Below, one piece after another: positions 24,750 through 37,427 of a stretch of 64,000 nucleotides of DNA. Under the pieces are notes generated by a model that saw only the letters and a list, made by a program, of their open reading frames with translations, was not told the DNA's origin and searched no databases. The position numbers were made by a program, and so were the translations under genes. How positions within the stretch are numbered: position 1 is the first letter of the stretch; each line of letters starts with the position of its first letter. The DNA is taken from positions 4,094,001 through 4,158,000 of the forward strand of contig NW_024704742.1 in assembly GCF_018977255.1 (NCBI RefSeq). The letters are read 5' to 3'. The stretch is from Callorhinchus milii (Eukaryota).

Positions 24750-24984
24750 GCCTTCAGCTGCTCGCACACCAGCAGTGCAAACACAGACTTTGCAATTTGC
24801 TTTTTCGAGTCCTTTTGGGGAGAGAGTGAGTTTGTGCAAACAAGAGGAGGTTCCAAACATACTAACCTTTTGGCCAATAACACATCTCACCTGGACAGTC
24901 AGCAGAGCACTACCCTGGGTCTTAGAGCCCCACACTGAACCCAACGCCCCTGGACACACTAAAGGGTCAACTTATGTAATAATA

Positions 24985-25545
24985 ATCCGTGCATTTGATA
25001 TAGATCGCAGAGGTAGGTGGCTGCGGGGGGTGGAGCAAGGCTATGGAGGGCTTTGACGGTGAGGACCAGGTTCTTCAACTGTATCCTCTGTGTGATGGGA
25101 AGTCGGTGGAGTCGGGCGAGGATGGGGGTGATGGGGTCACAGAAGAGTTTGCATGGTCAAGCCTGGATGTTATGCATGCGTGTATGAGGGTCTCAGCTGC
25201 CTGCGATGTGAGACAGTAGCAGAACCGGGCGATGTTGCGGAGGTGGGGTTATAGCACGGATGTGGGCTATGAAGGACAGTTGAGGGTTGAACAGGACATC
25301 GAGGTTCTGTCTTGGCTCCTTGAGATGTAGAGATGCTGTCGGCGCACAAGGTATGGAGGCACTGACGGGAGCTAAGCCGGAGGGATTCGGTCTTGTTGAC
25401 ATTGAACTGCAGGACGTTAGCTCTCAGCCAGGACTTGATGTCCAATAGGCAGTCTGTGAGGACAGCAGTGGTCCTGGAATCGACGGTGAAAGGCAGAGAG
25501 ATAGAGTTAGGGGTCATCCGCATACATGTGGGAATTGACCCAAGC
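24985..25545 (-). mobile_element. L2 LINE fragment upstream of copy B exon 1
   Basis: LTDCLLDIKSWLRANVLQFNVNKTE, an RT C-terminal motif. Confidence 0.75.
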
Positions 25546-27858
25546 AAATAGATATTGAACAGGTGTGTCCCACAAACAGTGGTGGATTGAGTGACCAAAT
25601 TATTTATTAAAATTTTTTTTTTGGAAGGGATTATTAACCTCAGAAAAGCGAGCCGCCCATCGAGGTTCCTACTTACTCCTGAACAGAGACGTGTGGAGTA
25701 AGGCGACTTGACTAATGTTTCGCCCCCCCACCGCCTTCTTAAGTTTGCTTTTGTACAAAAAAAGTCTTTTGGCACAGAATTTTTTTTTATTGAACCCGGT
25801 TTGCCAATTCTGTTGCAGTTGAGCAAAAACAATTAATGGCGGAAATAAAATGTGAACCCTATGAATGAAAAAGATTCGTGAAATCCATAATTTCAGGAAG
25901 AGAGTGCCCCTTTAAATGTAAACAAAGTGCTAATGGGGGCCAAATTTAGGCTAATCCTTTCATTGTGTCTTCCTAATGTGATTTACCTGTGGACTGAGAT
26001 GAAATAAACAACACATGATCTGGTCTAAATTGCGTCGCTTGGGAGTGCCCACCAGCAGTGTGCTGCCCGATGTGAAAGGCACTAGATATAACAACAACAA
26101 CAACATGCATTTATATAGTATGCAGTGAATGGAGGGCACAATTTTCTAAAACATAAAATAGTGAGTCTCAATATTGTCACGTCTCTGATTGCAGTGATGC
26201 AAAAATCTGTGTCCCTCTGTCATCTCCAACAGATTTGCAGCAAAGCATCAGTTAACCTGTGGTAATGGTCACGGCTCCCTTCACTGTGTGACAAAATGAA
26301 CAATCTCTATCCGTTCCTTATTTTCAGCGCTCCTGGGTATTATTCCCAATCGATTTCACGTGTCAATTCGAGAGGAACAATGTTAAGGGGTCCAGGGAAA
26401 GGGCAGAGAATTGAGATTACAGTGATCAGCTCTGGTGGAGGACCCAATTCAAGATTAACTCGAGGAGCCAAATGGCCTTCTCCTGTGCTGTGATTCCTGG
26501 TCCTGTGAAATTCTGTAGCAGTCTTCTGTCGCAGTGTGACAAAGTCGCCCCTTTTTCATGGGTTGTGCCATGAAACAGCCGTTTTGCAAATACAGCCCTG
26601 TAGTTTAGATGCGTAACACATTAATGATGTCAAGCAGACTGGAACAAGAGGGTAACATTCCCCCGGAGCAGAGAAAAAAAAACAGCTTTAGAATTTAAAT
26701 TCTATTTACAACTTTGCCGAATTCTGGACACTCGAAAACGCTGCGTTAATATATAGTTAAACGTGAACCCGGGAGGAATGTCTCTTCGAAGGTGTTCGCT
26801 AACAATGGATTCTGGTATCAATAAGAAAAAAAGGTTTACAAAATAGAGTCAGATATAACAAGGCACATCACTTGGATCCCCAAGAATTACACCCTGGACA
26901 TGACAGCAATAGTAGCAGCTCACATGCGACTTCGAAGATACTTTAAGAATTGGTGCTAAATTTACCACATTGAGGTTGAAAGGGTTTTGCTTTATTTTTA
27001 CCCTGAAATCCAAAGTGTTGGAAGCCAATTAAAGCCAATTAACCTGAGTAATGTGACTGAATAACGTGGTTTCCAATTGTGACCTATTTTGTGAGTTACA
27101 AACAGCTTTGATCTGCCCTGAAATATTTGCCTATCGGAGTCAGAGGCACTAAAAGTCCTGTAGCTCATGGTTGGAGCACTTGCCTCGCAAGCGAGAGAAC
27201 CTGGGTTCGATTCCTGGATAGGGCAAAAGTTAGGCAAGTTTCCTTAGTCCACACGCCTCTGTTTACCCAGCGGTAAGTAGGAACCCAGTTGTTAGTCGAT
27301 TGAAGGATCGCTTTTCTGGGGGGTAATAATTCCTTCAAAAAACAACCCGCAAAAAATACTTGTGTTGTATAAAGGCATCTAGAGCGCCCAAGCCTAGAGA
27401 GTCTTTACATTTTAAAAACATTAATGGGTAATAATCAAAGAGCAATGAACGTTAGCATACAGCAGGCAACTACTGACGACAGGCAGCTTATTCAAAGACA
27501 ATTATTGTCCTCCAATCGATCTGTCTGCGCTCAGTTTCAACATATTGTACATGCCCATGGGATTGCAACAAATGTGCAAAAGCGAAGTAGTTTGAAATTT
27601 CGCTTTGTTTAATCAGTAACTAATTGTAAATAAAATACTGGGTTCATGTCCTGCAGAAATGTTTAACTGCATTGCACAAATCCTGGACCAATATATCTTG
27701 AATACCTTTTATTGGTTAAGGTGTCAGCTTGGCTGAGTTGGTAGAACTCTCGCCTCGGAGTCAGAAAGTTAATAATAATATTCCTTACGGTTGATATAGC
27801 ACCTTATCGCATCTTCGAGACGTCTCAAAGCGCTTCGCGGAATGCACTGTAAAGTGAA

Positions 27859-28074
27859 ACAAAAGGTAAAATACTGCAGATTCTGTAAACCTGGATTAAA
27901 CACAGAAGTCGCTGGGAACACGCAGCAGGTCAGGCAGCACCTATGGCGAGAGGAAAGTGAGTTAACTTGAAACGTCCTGACGAAAGCTCATAGACCTCAA
28001 ACGTTAATTCATTTTCCTCTCTCCATGGATGCTGCCTGACCTTCTTTGTGTTCCCAGCGACTTCTGTGTTTACT
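27859..28074. mobile_element. Penelope-like inverted-repeat element inserted into a SINE
   Basis: Imperfect inverted arms (AAACACAGAAGTCGCTGGGAACAC..AGGTCAGGCAGCA and its complement), central CTGACGA, 14-bp duplicated target. Confidence 0.7.
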
Positions 28075-28536
28075 CACTTTAAAGTGAATTGATTGTATTT
28101 TTTGTGGGCGAAACCTGGCAGCCAATTAGTTCACAATGACCACGTTGATTTAGAAACTGCTGTTTTATAATTCATACGAGTTTGTGTCAATCTTGTCAGT
28201 TGTGGGCTTGACGTACAGGTTGAAATCCTTTCCCCACAAATGCTGCCTGATGTTAAATCATGATTCATTTTTGACGTTTCCTTCTTATTTTTTTCTATTA
28301 TGTTGCCCAACCAATATATAGACTTATGTTTAGTTGCTTATAATATTTGAATTAATGTTGCGTCAATAATAATAATTTGGTCACTTAATCCCCAACGATT
28401 TGTGGGAAGCACAGACTGTGCGCAATTGGCTGCCGCATCTCGCCCACAAGTTTACAGTCAATTCACTTTACAGTACATTCTGTAAAGCACTTTGAGACGT
28501 CTTGAAGACATGGAAAGCGCTACATCAAATGCAAGG

Positions 28537-28567
<31 letters not shown>

Positions 28568-29410
28568 TATATATTCTCATCACTCATCTAGAGTGTCCAA
28601 CTCTCTGCCCAACACGGCAGTGAGAACCGTAACAAAGATTGTAAAATGGTTTCAACTTAGTTTTTTGTTTATGATTGCATTTGTTTCCCAGTGTAGTGAG
28701 TGAACCTTCAGGGTCAAAGGAGAGGAGCCGAGAGAGCTAGGTAAGGAGTGAGAGACTGATAGAGACGCCTCCAACAACCTTGTCAGTAATGTTTTAGACA
28801 AGTTGCAGGAGAGGTGATTCGAGTGTGAGGAGTGGGATAACATCACTTTATTCTCCCCTGAGTCAGCAAACGTTACAACCGCACAGCACTCGCCATCACT
28901 TTGATTGACAGGCAACCCACGGAACTGAACTGATGGACTTTTAGTTGCGAGTCAAATGTTTATCGAGTTGAGCGACCAGTCTACCCCCAACTCCATTGTC
29001 ATGTTGCTACAAGGCTTCTAAAGCCCAACACCGCTTGCAAATAGCACACACACACACACAAACACTGAGCAAAACCCCTGAACCCTCACAATTAAAATCC
29101 AAGATCACAAAGTGAATTTCTTCCAAAGTTGATTTCATGTCAACCCTGAATTGCAGAGCCGCTGTCACTGTTAATTTCTGACTGGAAAGCCAACGGAAAC
29201 CTGCCGCAAACAGTAGAGAAGCGTGATAAACACTTCTGTTTATCATTTATTCCATGGAGAGAGGAAAACACAAGTGTGTGCGGATTATTCTTGCTTTATA
29301 GTTTATCTCTCATTTTTGCTCCAAATCAGAAATGAGCGCTGTTCAGCAAAAGTATTTCAGTACATTTAGCACGAAAAGTGCGACACACATTCAAGTCACG
29401 ATTATTTCAG

Positions 29411-29732
29411 TAATAATAATAATAATCCTTGCATTTGATATAGCGCTTTTCACGTCGGGAGGACGTCCCAAAGCGCTTCACAGAACACACTGTAAAGTGA
29501 ATTGACTGTATATTTGTGGGCGAACGCGGCAGCCAATTGCGCACAGCAATGTCCCACAAACAGTCGTAGATTGAAAATGACCAATTTTATTATTGTTTTT
29601 TTTTTGGAGGGATTATTATTAGGTTCTGTGTGGAGTAAGGAAACTTGCCCAAGGTTTTGCCCTCTGCCTGGAATTGAACTCAGGTCTCTCGCTTGCAAAG
29701 CGAGTGCTCTAACCACTGAGCTACAGGACTCC
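29411..29732 (-). mobile_element. Young SINE, full length
   Basis: Reverse complement of the 5669 family, with tRNA head and (ATT)n tail. Confidence 0.9.
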
Positions 29733-30261
29733 AGTACTTAAAAGGTACCGACTTTCAACAGAATAATACAATTCCTTGGGTTTGGTACAGTGCCTTTCGT
29801 GTCGGAAGGAGGTCTCAAAATGCTGATACACTTGCCTCCTTCAAGTCCCGTCTGAAGACCTTCCTCTTCGAACGTGCCTTTCGGCCACCTTCCCACCCTC
29901 AACACCCCCCCACACCCCCGCCCTCCACCTCTCCTGACCCCAACTCCCAGCTCGGGGCCAAAAACCCTGATTGTCCAGCGCCCTGGGACGTCTTTCTGAC
30001 TCGAAGGGCGCTATGAAAGTGTAATTTGTTGTTGTTGTACAGTGTAGCGACTGTGTATTTGTGGGCGAACGCATATGAAACTGAATGTAGGAACGTTCCG
30101 CAATTCTGCCCAATATTTCATTTCAAAACAAAATATTCTTAGAGGTTCACTGATCTTCACGGCTAACAGGGGTAAAACTGTAGTTGTCTCGCTGGGTCCA
30201 GATGTACTCTGTGTAGTATTTCAGAAGAGTTCACACTTTATTTTAAACATTGGCTTAATTT

Positions 30262-30470
30262 TGAAATAAAAACAGACATCGCTGGGAACAAGCAGCAGCA
30301 TCTACGGAGAGAGGAAAGTGAGTTAACATTTCAGGTCGATGACCTTTCGTCAGAACTGGGGGATGTTGGAAGGGAGTAGATTATAAGGACAACCAGAGAA
30401 GGGGGCGGGGAGGGAAAGACAATAGAAAAAATTAGGTGGAGGACAAAAGATGAAGAGATCAGAGGTGTTG
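30262..30470 (-). mobile_element. Penelope-like terminal repeat, single arm
   Basis: Same family as 27859 and 39110; hammerhead-like core at 30321-30357. Confidence 0.65.
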
Positions 30471-32680
30471 ATAATTCCCTTTTGAACCTACTGGCACAAT
30501 CAGCCTCTACTGCCTCCGCGTCTTGTCAAATCCATACAATTACTGCTCACTCCCTGTATAAATTAATCAAATCAGACCCGTCTCCTTCGGAGCTTGAGTC
30601 TGTCCACTCTGTTAACGGTATTTTGATTACGTTAAATCTACTGTTCTAGTTCAGTTTATCTGCACTGTAAGAAAAGAGTTAAAATAAGAAACTTTTGTGG
30701 GAAACGTCTTGGGAGCCACCAGCAACAACAACAACTTGGATTTATGTCGCGCCCTCCACGCCGGGCGGCGTCTCAGAGCGCTTTACAGTAACGGATCCCG
30801 GGGCCGCGCCAGGGAGAGGGGGGGGAAGGTGACCCAAGGCGCGGTCGAAAAGAATGGTCTTCAGCAGAGATCTGAAAATGGGAAGGGAGGGGGCGAGACG
30901 AAGGGAGTGAGGAAGGCAGTTCCAGAGCCTCGGGGCATAGTGGCTGAAGGCACTGCCGTCGAGAGTGGAGCGGAGGACTCGGGGGACGAGGAGGAGGCCA
31001 GACCTGGAGGAACGGAGGCAACGGGTACTGTTTTGAGGAGAGAGGAGGTCAGAGAGGTCGGGGGGTGCAGAGGAGTACAGGGACTTGAATACAAGGGTGA
31101 GGATCTTGAAATCTCTGGGATAGTGCAGTCTAGCAAGGACTGAGGTGATCGGGGAGCGGAGTTTGGTGCAGGTGAGAATGCGGGCGGCAGAGTTTTGAAC
31201 GATTTAGATTTGCAGCTGCCAATCATGAGCTGGTGACCAGACATGCGTCCAGATTATTGTGACAATTGTTTAAATATTTGCCCGGAACATTTTGATTCAA
31301 CCTAAGTCATTTGAGTGGTTGCAGGGTTAACACCGATGAGTCCGTGACAGAATTAAAAGAGTCTTCAAGGAGCCAAAGGAACACTGACAAATACTTTCAC
31401 GCTGACCAGCTGAAGCTGCTTAGAGAGAAGTAACCCTTCAATTCCCGTAGACGTGTGAAGTGAAACTGTTGGGAATGTGGATTTTACAAGCACAAAAGCA
31501 TAAACAACTTGCATTTATATAGCGCCCTTCACACCGGATGGACGGCATCTCAAATGCGATCTCAATACAATTGATGATGATTGGGTTGTATGCGCACCAT
31601 GTTTAACCTCGTTACGCTACAACAGATGCCGGGGTATCCATTTGCACGTGTAGGGTGGGATGCCCCTGGTAATCTCAGCTTGGTTTGGATACTCTTAAAA
31701 CATGGCGATGGGTGTCAGACACCCAGCTGCCCCCCAAAAAAGCCAGATGTTCGAGAGTTGAAAGAACACTAATAAAGATTTAATGGTAGTGGTAACAGGA
31801 TTGAAATTAAAGCCCTTTCCCCAAATTAGTAGAATGCTGAGGGCGGTCAGGGGAGCAGCCACATTTATACAGCACCCGACTATGGATTGTTTTTAACCAG
31901 ACATGGGAAGGAGCCCTAAATCATGCGAACCTGACAGCCCAGGAGGAAACTCATTGCGAACGCCAGAGAAAAGATGAAAGGTCACAGCAATTAACCAGCC
32001 AAAAGGCAAGGACACATTTGAAAGGCCTTTTGGCTGGTTGATCAGAAATAAATTTGACCCCCTCCTTCCAAATAACACGTACGATGGTTAAACAAGGGTT
32101 ACATGTCTCCCTCTCCCCCCCCCCACCCCCATTTAATCTGGCAACAAGGTGGAGAGGCTAGACCGAGGCTATCAGGATTATCAAAACCAGGTCTATTTTG
32201 CTAAGAATCCCTGGAATTTGAATCGAGATACGCACCAGGGACAGTATTACCTTGTCTTGGTAATAAAAATAATATTAATAATAACGTGGTCACTCAATCC
32301 ACCACTATTTGTGGGACACTGCGGTGCACCTCGTGGAGATCGACATGAATCATGTGAACCTAGGAATGTTTGGTTCATTACAAAACACTGCTAATTGTGA
32401 CGATAACAATGGCATGAAATTATCAATCCCACCACAAATTGTACATGAATAATATTGAACTGTTTTCTGTACTTGTCCCAATAACAACCCCTCCAATTTT
32501 TTGAAAAAATGGTACGAAGCAGCTGCTTTTGACACCGCTGTGCGCAATTGGCTGCCGCGTTTCGCCCACAAAATACACGGTCACTACACATTCTGTGTAT
32601 TCTGTGAAGCGCTTCGAGATGTCTCGACCACGTGGATAAGGTGCTGTATCAAATGCAAGGATTATAATTATAATTATTAG

Positions 32681-32766
32681 CCCTCGGAGCATTGCAGACC
32701 AGTTCACTCACCACCAGGGTGCTGGTGGGATTTGGATAAGTGAATTAGCCTGCAATACTCCAGGGG
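32681..32766. mobile_element. 86-bp MITE-like element with CCC..GGG termini and TTAG/TTAA flanks
   Basis: About 28-bp imperfect terminal inverted repeats read directly from the sequence. Confidence 0.5.
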
Positions 32767-35700
32767 TTAAAAAGCATCGGAGTGAACATCTGGTTAACAC
32801 CCGACAATGAACCTTCTCTTATCAGAGATTGACAGGCGTGTCCAGAGAGTATCATTGGCGGAAAATCTATCCCGTCCTGTTATCACATCATCAACACGTC
32901 TCAAAGAGCTTCCCGGGATTTTACTGTGGAGTGTAGCGACTGTGTATTTGCACGCAAGTGCGGCAGCCAATTTAGAATAGTAACATCCACCTAGACAGGC
33001 AGATATGGTCTTGGTTTATCATCTCATCCAAAGGGTGGCACCTCCAACAATGCAGTACATCCCCAGCACTGCATTGGAGGGTCAGCCGAGACCGTGCGTT
33101 CAAAGTCCCGACACGGGGCTCGAACCTGTTGACTCAAGAGGCGAGAGGACCACCAACTGAGCCAGCCTGACCATGTTGAAAACACATCGGGTTTTGCTAA
33201 ATTTAAAGTTCTCCGTCAAACAACAACTTGTATTTATATAGTGCTGTTCACCTGGGGTAACGTCTCGGAGAATGGAGATGAATAACTCAGCAACTCACCT
33301 CAAATATTACTTGTGTTCCACTCAGTGAATGAATATATTCCGTTAGATTCTTGTTGGATCTTCCGTAGCATGTGTGTATAGCACAGTTTGTGTAAGATAA
33401 CATATTTATGGCTTCCGGACAGTTGATTGGCAGCATTCAGTATATTGAAACGTAAAGTTTTAGTTCGGATCTCTGATCAGAATCTGCCTCTCTGACTCTG
33501 TCAGTAATAGTTGAGTTCTCCGCTACCACCACCAAAAAAATGACAATTCCAACTGGCCGTCATTCCCCGAATCCCATTAGATCGTGTCACTTCAGGAAGC
33601 CTTTAATGTGGGAGTTCCATTGCTGAGCCCTGTAAATAAGATTGCTGCGCTAATTAAAACCATAACACTAAGCAGCTCCGCTTTATTTAAGGTAAAAGGC
33701 AAAAATTCCTACAACTTACCCAAGAAGAACTAGACAAAATTCTTGAAAACCATAGCACATTGCACATAAAAAGAAAAATGTAATCTGGTTATAACATTTG
33801 TTCTGGTGCTTAAACTCTCATTCCAATCCTCAAAAGATTAACTGGATTTCCAATTAATTCATCGGCAGGAGAGTGAGAATGAACAAACATTTCCAGTGTA
33901 AGCATGTGCAGACCGGGCTGGTGATAGGCCCTCTTGCTTTATACAAAAAGACATGTAAACCAGAGACACAGCGATCAAGGCTCAGTGACTCAACTCTATG
34001 CCCATCGAGCTGCATTTCGTTGAAAACACAATTGTTTTGTAGAGCAATAGTATGGAGATGATGTGGTTAAACCACATCCTAAGTCGGAACTATTTGAATT
34101 GGGTTTCTATTAAAGGTGTCATTTTATTCAAAAAAATCTGAAGTCAAAGGACTATCCATAAATTGTTTCAATTTTCACAAGACTATTGAGGATTGGGGTG
34201 GGGGTGTGGGGGGTGGAAGAGAAAACCATTTATGCTTACTTTACGTTTGTGTTTACTTTATGTTAAACCCCTAAAAGCTCAATTGGATTTGAATGTATGG
34301 CAATTATAATAAATTACTCTACAAATAACAAAATTATAAGTAGATCTGTTAAGTTTCTGTTTCCCCTGCGATAAACATGCCTCTTGGCAATGATAGCAGG
34401 GAAAATTTGTATATAAGGTTATTCTCCCTCTTCAATTTACTTGGGAGTTGGGGAGCAGATTTGAATGCAATTGGAATTTAAATCTTTTGACAAATTAATT
34501 TAAATTAATTTGTTTTTCATTTATATGAAAGTCGAGTGACCCAAAATGTAAATTCAGAAGTAAATCAAGCTGCTTACGTGCCTATGACTGCAACTGATCG
34601 AGACTGCAATCCTCACACAGGCTTTATGTAGGATGCTGTAAGAGCTTCTCATATCAACAACAAATTACATTTGTATAACGCCTTTCCTGTTGGGAGGACA
34701 TCCCAAGGCACCGGACAGTCAAGGATTTGGACCCGAGCTGGGGGTTGGGATCAGGGAGTGTGCCCAAAGGAGCGGTTGAAGAGGAGGGTCTTTAGACGTG
34801 CCTTGAAGGAGGCAAAGGAGGGATAAAGGTGAAGGGACTGTGGGTTGGAGTTCCAAAGAGTGGGGGCAGATAGGCTGAAGGCACGACCGCCGTTGGTGGG
34901 GCGGGCTGGGCAGAGGATTTGGAGCAATTTCTCATCTCCCCTCTGGTTCTTTTGCCAATTATCTTGAATCTACGTCGTAGTTCACAGAGGGAGCGGCAGG
35001 AGCGAAGCTGGGAAGCAACGACTCGTTCCAGGACCTTGGAGAGGAAAGGGAGGTTGGAGATGGGCAATAATTGGAGATTGTAACTGTGTATCCTCTCTTC
35101 CTGCAGTCAAAACCTTTTTGAAAACACTCCCTTCGGTCTCATCACCTTCCTCCTGTTCCCTTGGCCTGATGATCCACACAGTGTAAAGAGTTGCCAAACA
35201 ATTTCCTACATGAAAATTACGTGTACGTAGTGAAGTGACAGATGATTACTCAGCCATAAACAATTAATTGCTCACAATTCAAAACTATCTCGCTCTGGTC
35301 AAGCCCTCCAGGATGCTACATGAATGCAAGTTGTTGCTGTTGTTGGTCAGAACACTGACCTGAAAACCGTTGTAATTTAACATTCGTTGCATGTTTTTTT
35401 TTTGCAGATAAGTGAAGAAAGGACACTGGTTGTACTGAGGAATTTTGAAATGTTTAATAAGTACAAGTACAATAAGCAATTACAGAAACCTGCTCAGCAA
35501 GTTTAATTACAAATAGGTAACTAAATCCTCACACTAATTGCAGCGTATAGCAGGTATTAAAATTTACTTAAATTGCATCAAACTACTGATCTTCATTGGA
35601 AAATTGTGTATTTTTTTTTATTCACACCAAAATAATCTTTAGCTGAAAGCATGAGAGAGATGACCTGCACCTAGACTTTGGTCAGTGTCTCTCTAAATGT

Positions 35701-35986
35701 ACACAAGCAGGACAGTGACTTGCTTCTGAAACACTACGCTCCCTCCCACTACACGGTACCTTGCTTCTCCTTAGCATTTCCCCACTATCTCGTTGACATC
35801 AGGAATTCACAGTCACCAGCGAGTGCATGATTAACATTTTAAAAAAGGGTATCGACACATGTAAGAGCTCTGAGACACTGCCCTGCGTGGAGGGCGCTAT
35901 CTAAATGGAAGTTGGCGGTGATATCGTTGATCCTAGAATCCAATCAACTATTCACTAATTCTTGCTCTTTGTAGTCTGAAAACTGC

Positions 35987-36513
35987 TCAATCTAATTTGC
36001 GGGAACGCCTTTTGACCTTCTTTGTTCTTTGTTTAATTATTAGTAAATCATTAGCTATGCCCGAGGAAGCCTCTTCGTTGGCGTGAGTTTCGTTCTTCCT
36101 TGCTCTCTTCCTCTTTTTCCTGGGCTTAGTTAACCCAGGCACAGATTCTCTTTCCGTTTGTTTTCTCTTCGATATCTTTCTCTTTCTCCTCGAATATTTT
36201 TCACTGGGTAGAAACAATAGAGAGCCCCGGTGGTGTGTGTGCTGTGATCTGTTAAGTCCTGGTGAGCATGCTGCAAGCCCTCTAGGAAAATCCTTATCAA
36301 TCTCTTTGTTAATCTTTCTGGAAAATTTGGAGGATCTGTGACAATGCTTCTCAGATGGATTTTCAGTCAAAGATGATTTCTCACTCTTTTTCTGCTTTGC
36401 TTTTTCTCTTCTTTTCTTGTTCAGCTCTCGCTTTTGTCTTTTTAGCATTTTCTTGGAGAGCACTTGCTTGCCTTCCGCCTCTGACATCTTAACAAGACTA
36501 GCCACTTGCAGAT
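35987..36513 (-). CDS. ZCCHC7: ZCCHC7 (AIR1/2-like zinc-knuckle TRAMP subunit) last coding exon
   Basis: ttccag acceptor in phase with the upstream exon; K/R-rich tail containing DFPRG and NDLLIIKQRTKK, matching recalled human ZCCHC7 motifs DFPRG and DNLFLIKQRKKK. Confidence 0.9.
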
Positions 36514-37309
36514 CTGGAAAGGTAACTGTAAATAATAAGGGAATGTTAATTTGTTTGGTGGTCAGGAGTCAATTACCAACTGGAAAGAGAAAGTTCTAGT
36601 CCTGGGTGGGGGACGTGGAGCAAGCTGGAGCCCGCTGAGCGGAGAGAGCGGACAGGTTGATACGGGGTTAGCAGGTCCCAGAGGTAGGAAGAAGCAAGGC
36701 GTGCAGGGGCTTGAAGGCGAGGACAAGGATTTTGAATTCTATACTACGAGGCGAGAGTGCTACCAACTGAGCCAAGTTGATACCTAATATTAGCAGATAG
36801 AGTTGGCATCATTTTGCGCAAAACAAAAACCCAGTGTAATTCACGATTGCTTTGATCTGTGATGTATTCCTAATCTCGATTGTTTTGCTCTAAGGAAATA
36901 CCAAACAGATATTGCAGAAAGCTGGTTGAGCTTGGGAAAGGTTAGCCAAAGAGCATGGGAGGGGAGGGTGAAACAGCACAATCTGACATCCTTAAAAACT
37001 TAACAACAACAAGATTTCATTTATAGAGCGCCTTTCACGTCGGGAGGACGTCCCAAAGCGCTGTGGACAGTTGGGTCGGGACCCGAGCAGGGGGGAAATG
37101 GTCAGGGGGAGGGAAGGGAGGGAGCGAGGAGGGGGTAGAGAGTCAAGAGGGGAGCTGAAGGCACGGTTGAAGAGAGACCAGCCAGGACATTAGTATGATG
37201 GGCCATGTTTGTGCCTGCAATTTTCAGTCTGAACACACATCCGGCACAAAACAGTCACTGCCCTTTACAGCGAAAGGCGTGATACCAAATCATAACCAAT
37301 GGAACAAAC

Positions 37310-37427
37310 CTTTCATTTTCTTCTTTATCCGATAATTTCTGCACCCTATCTCTTTGGCCGTGTCGTAGTGATACACAAACGGTGACGCAGGGAAGTTGTC
37401 ACTGAACATCCGCCTGGCTTTGCACTC
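37310..37427 (-). CDS. ZCCHC7: ZCCHC7 penultimate coding exon
   Basis: 118 nt, cag/gt; ECKARRMFSDNFPASPFVYHYDTAKEIGCRNYRIKKKMK. Confidence 0.92.
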
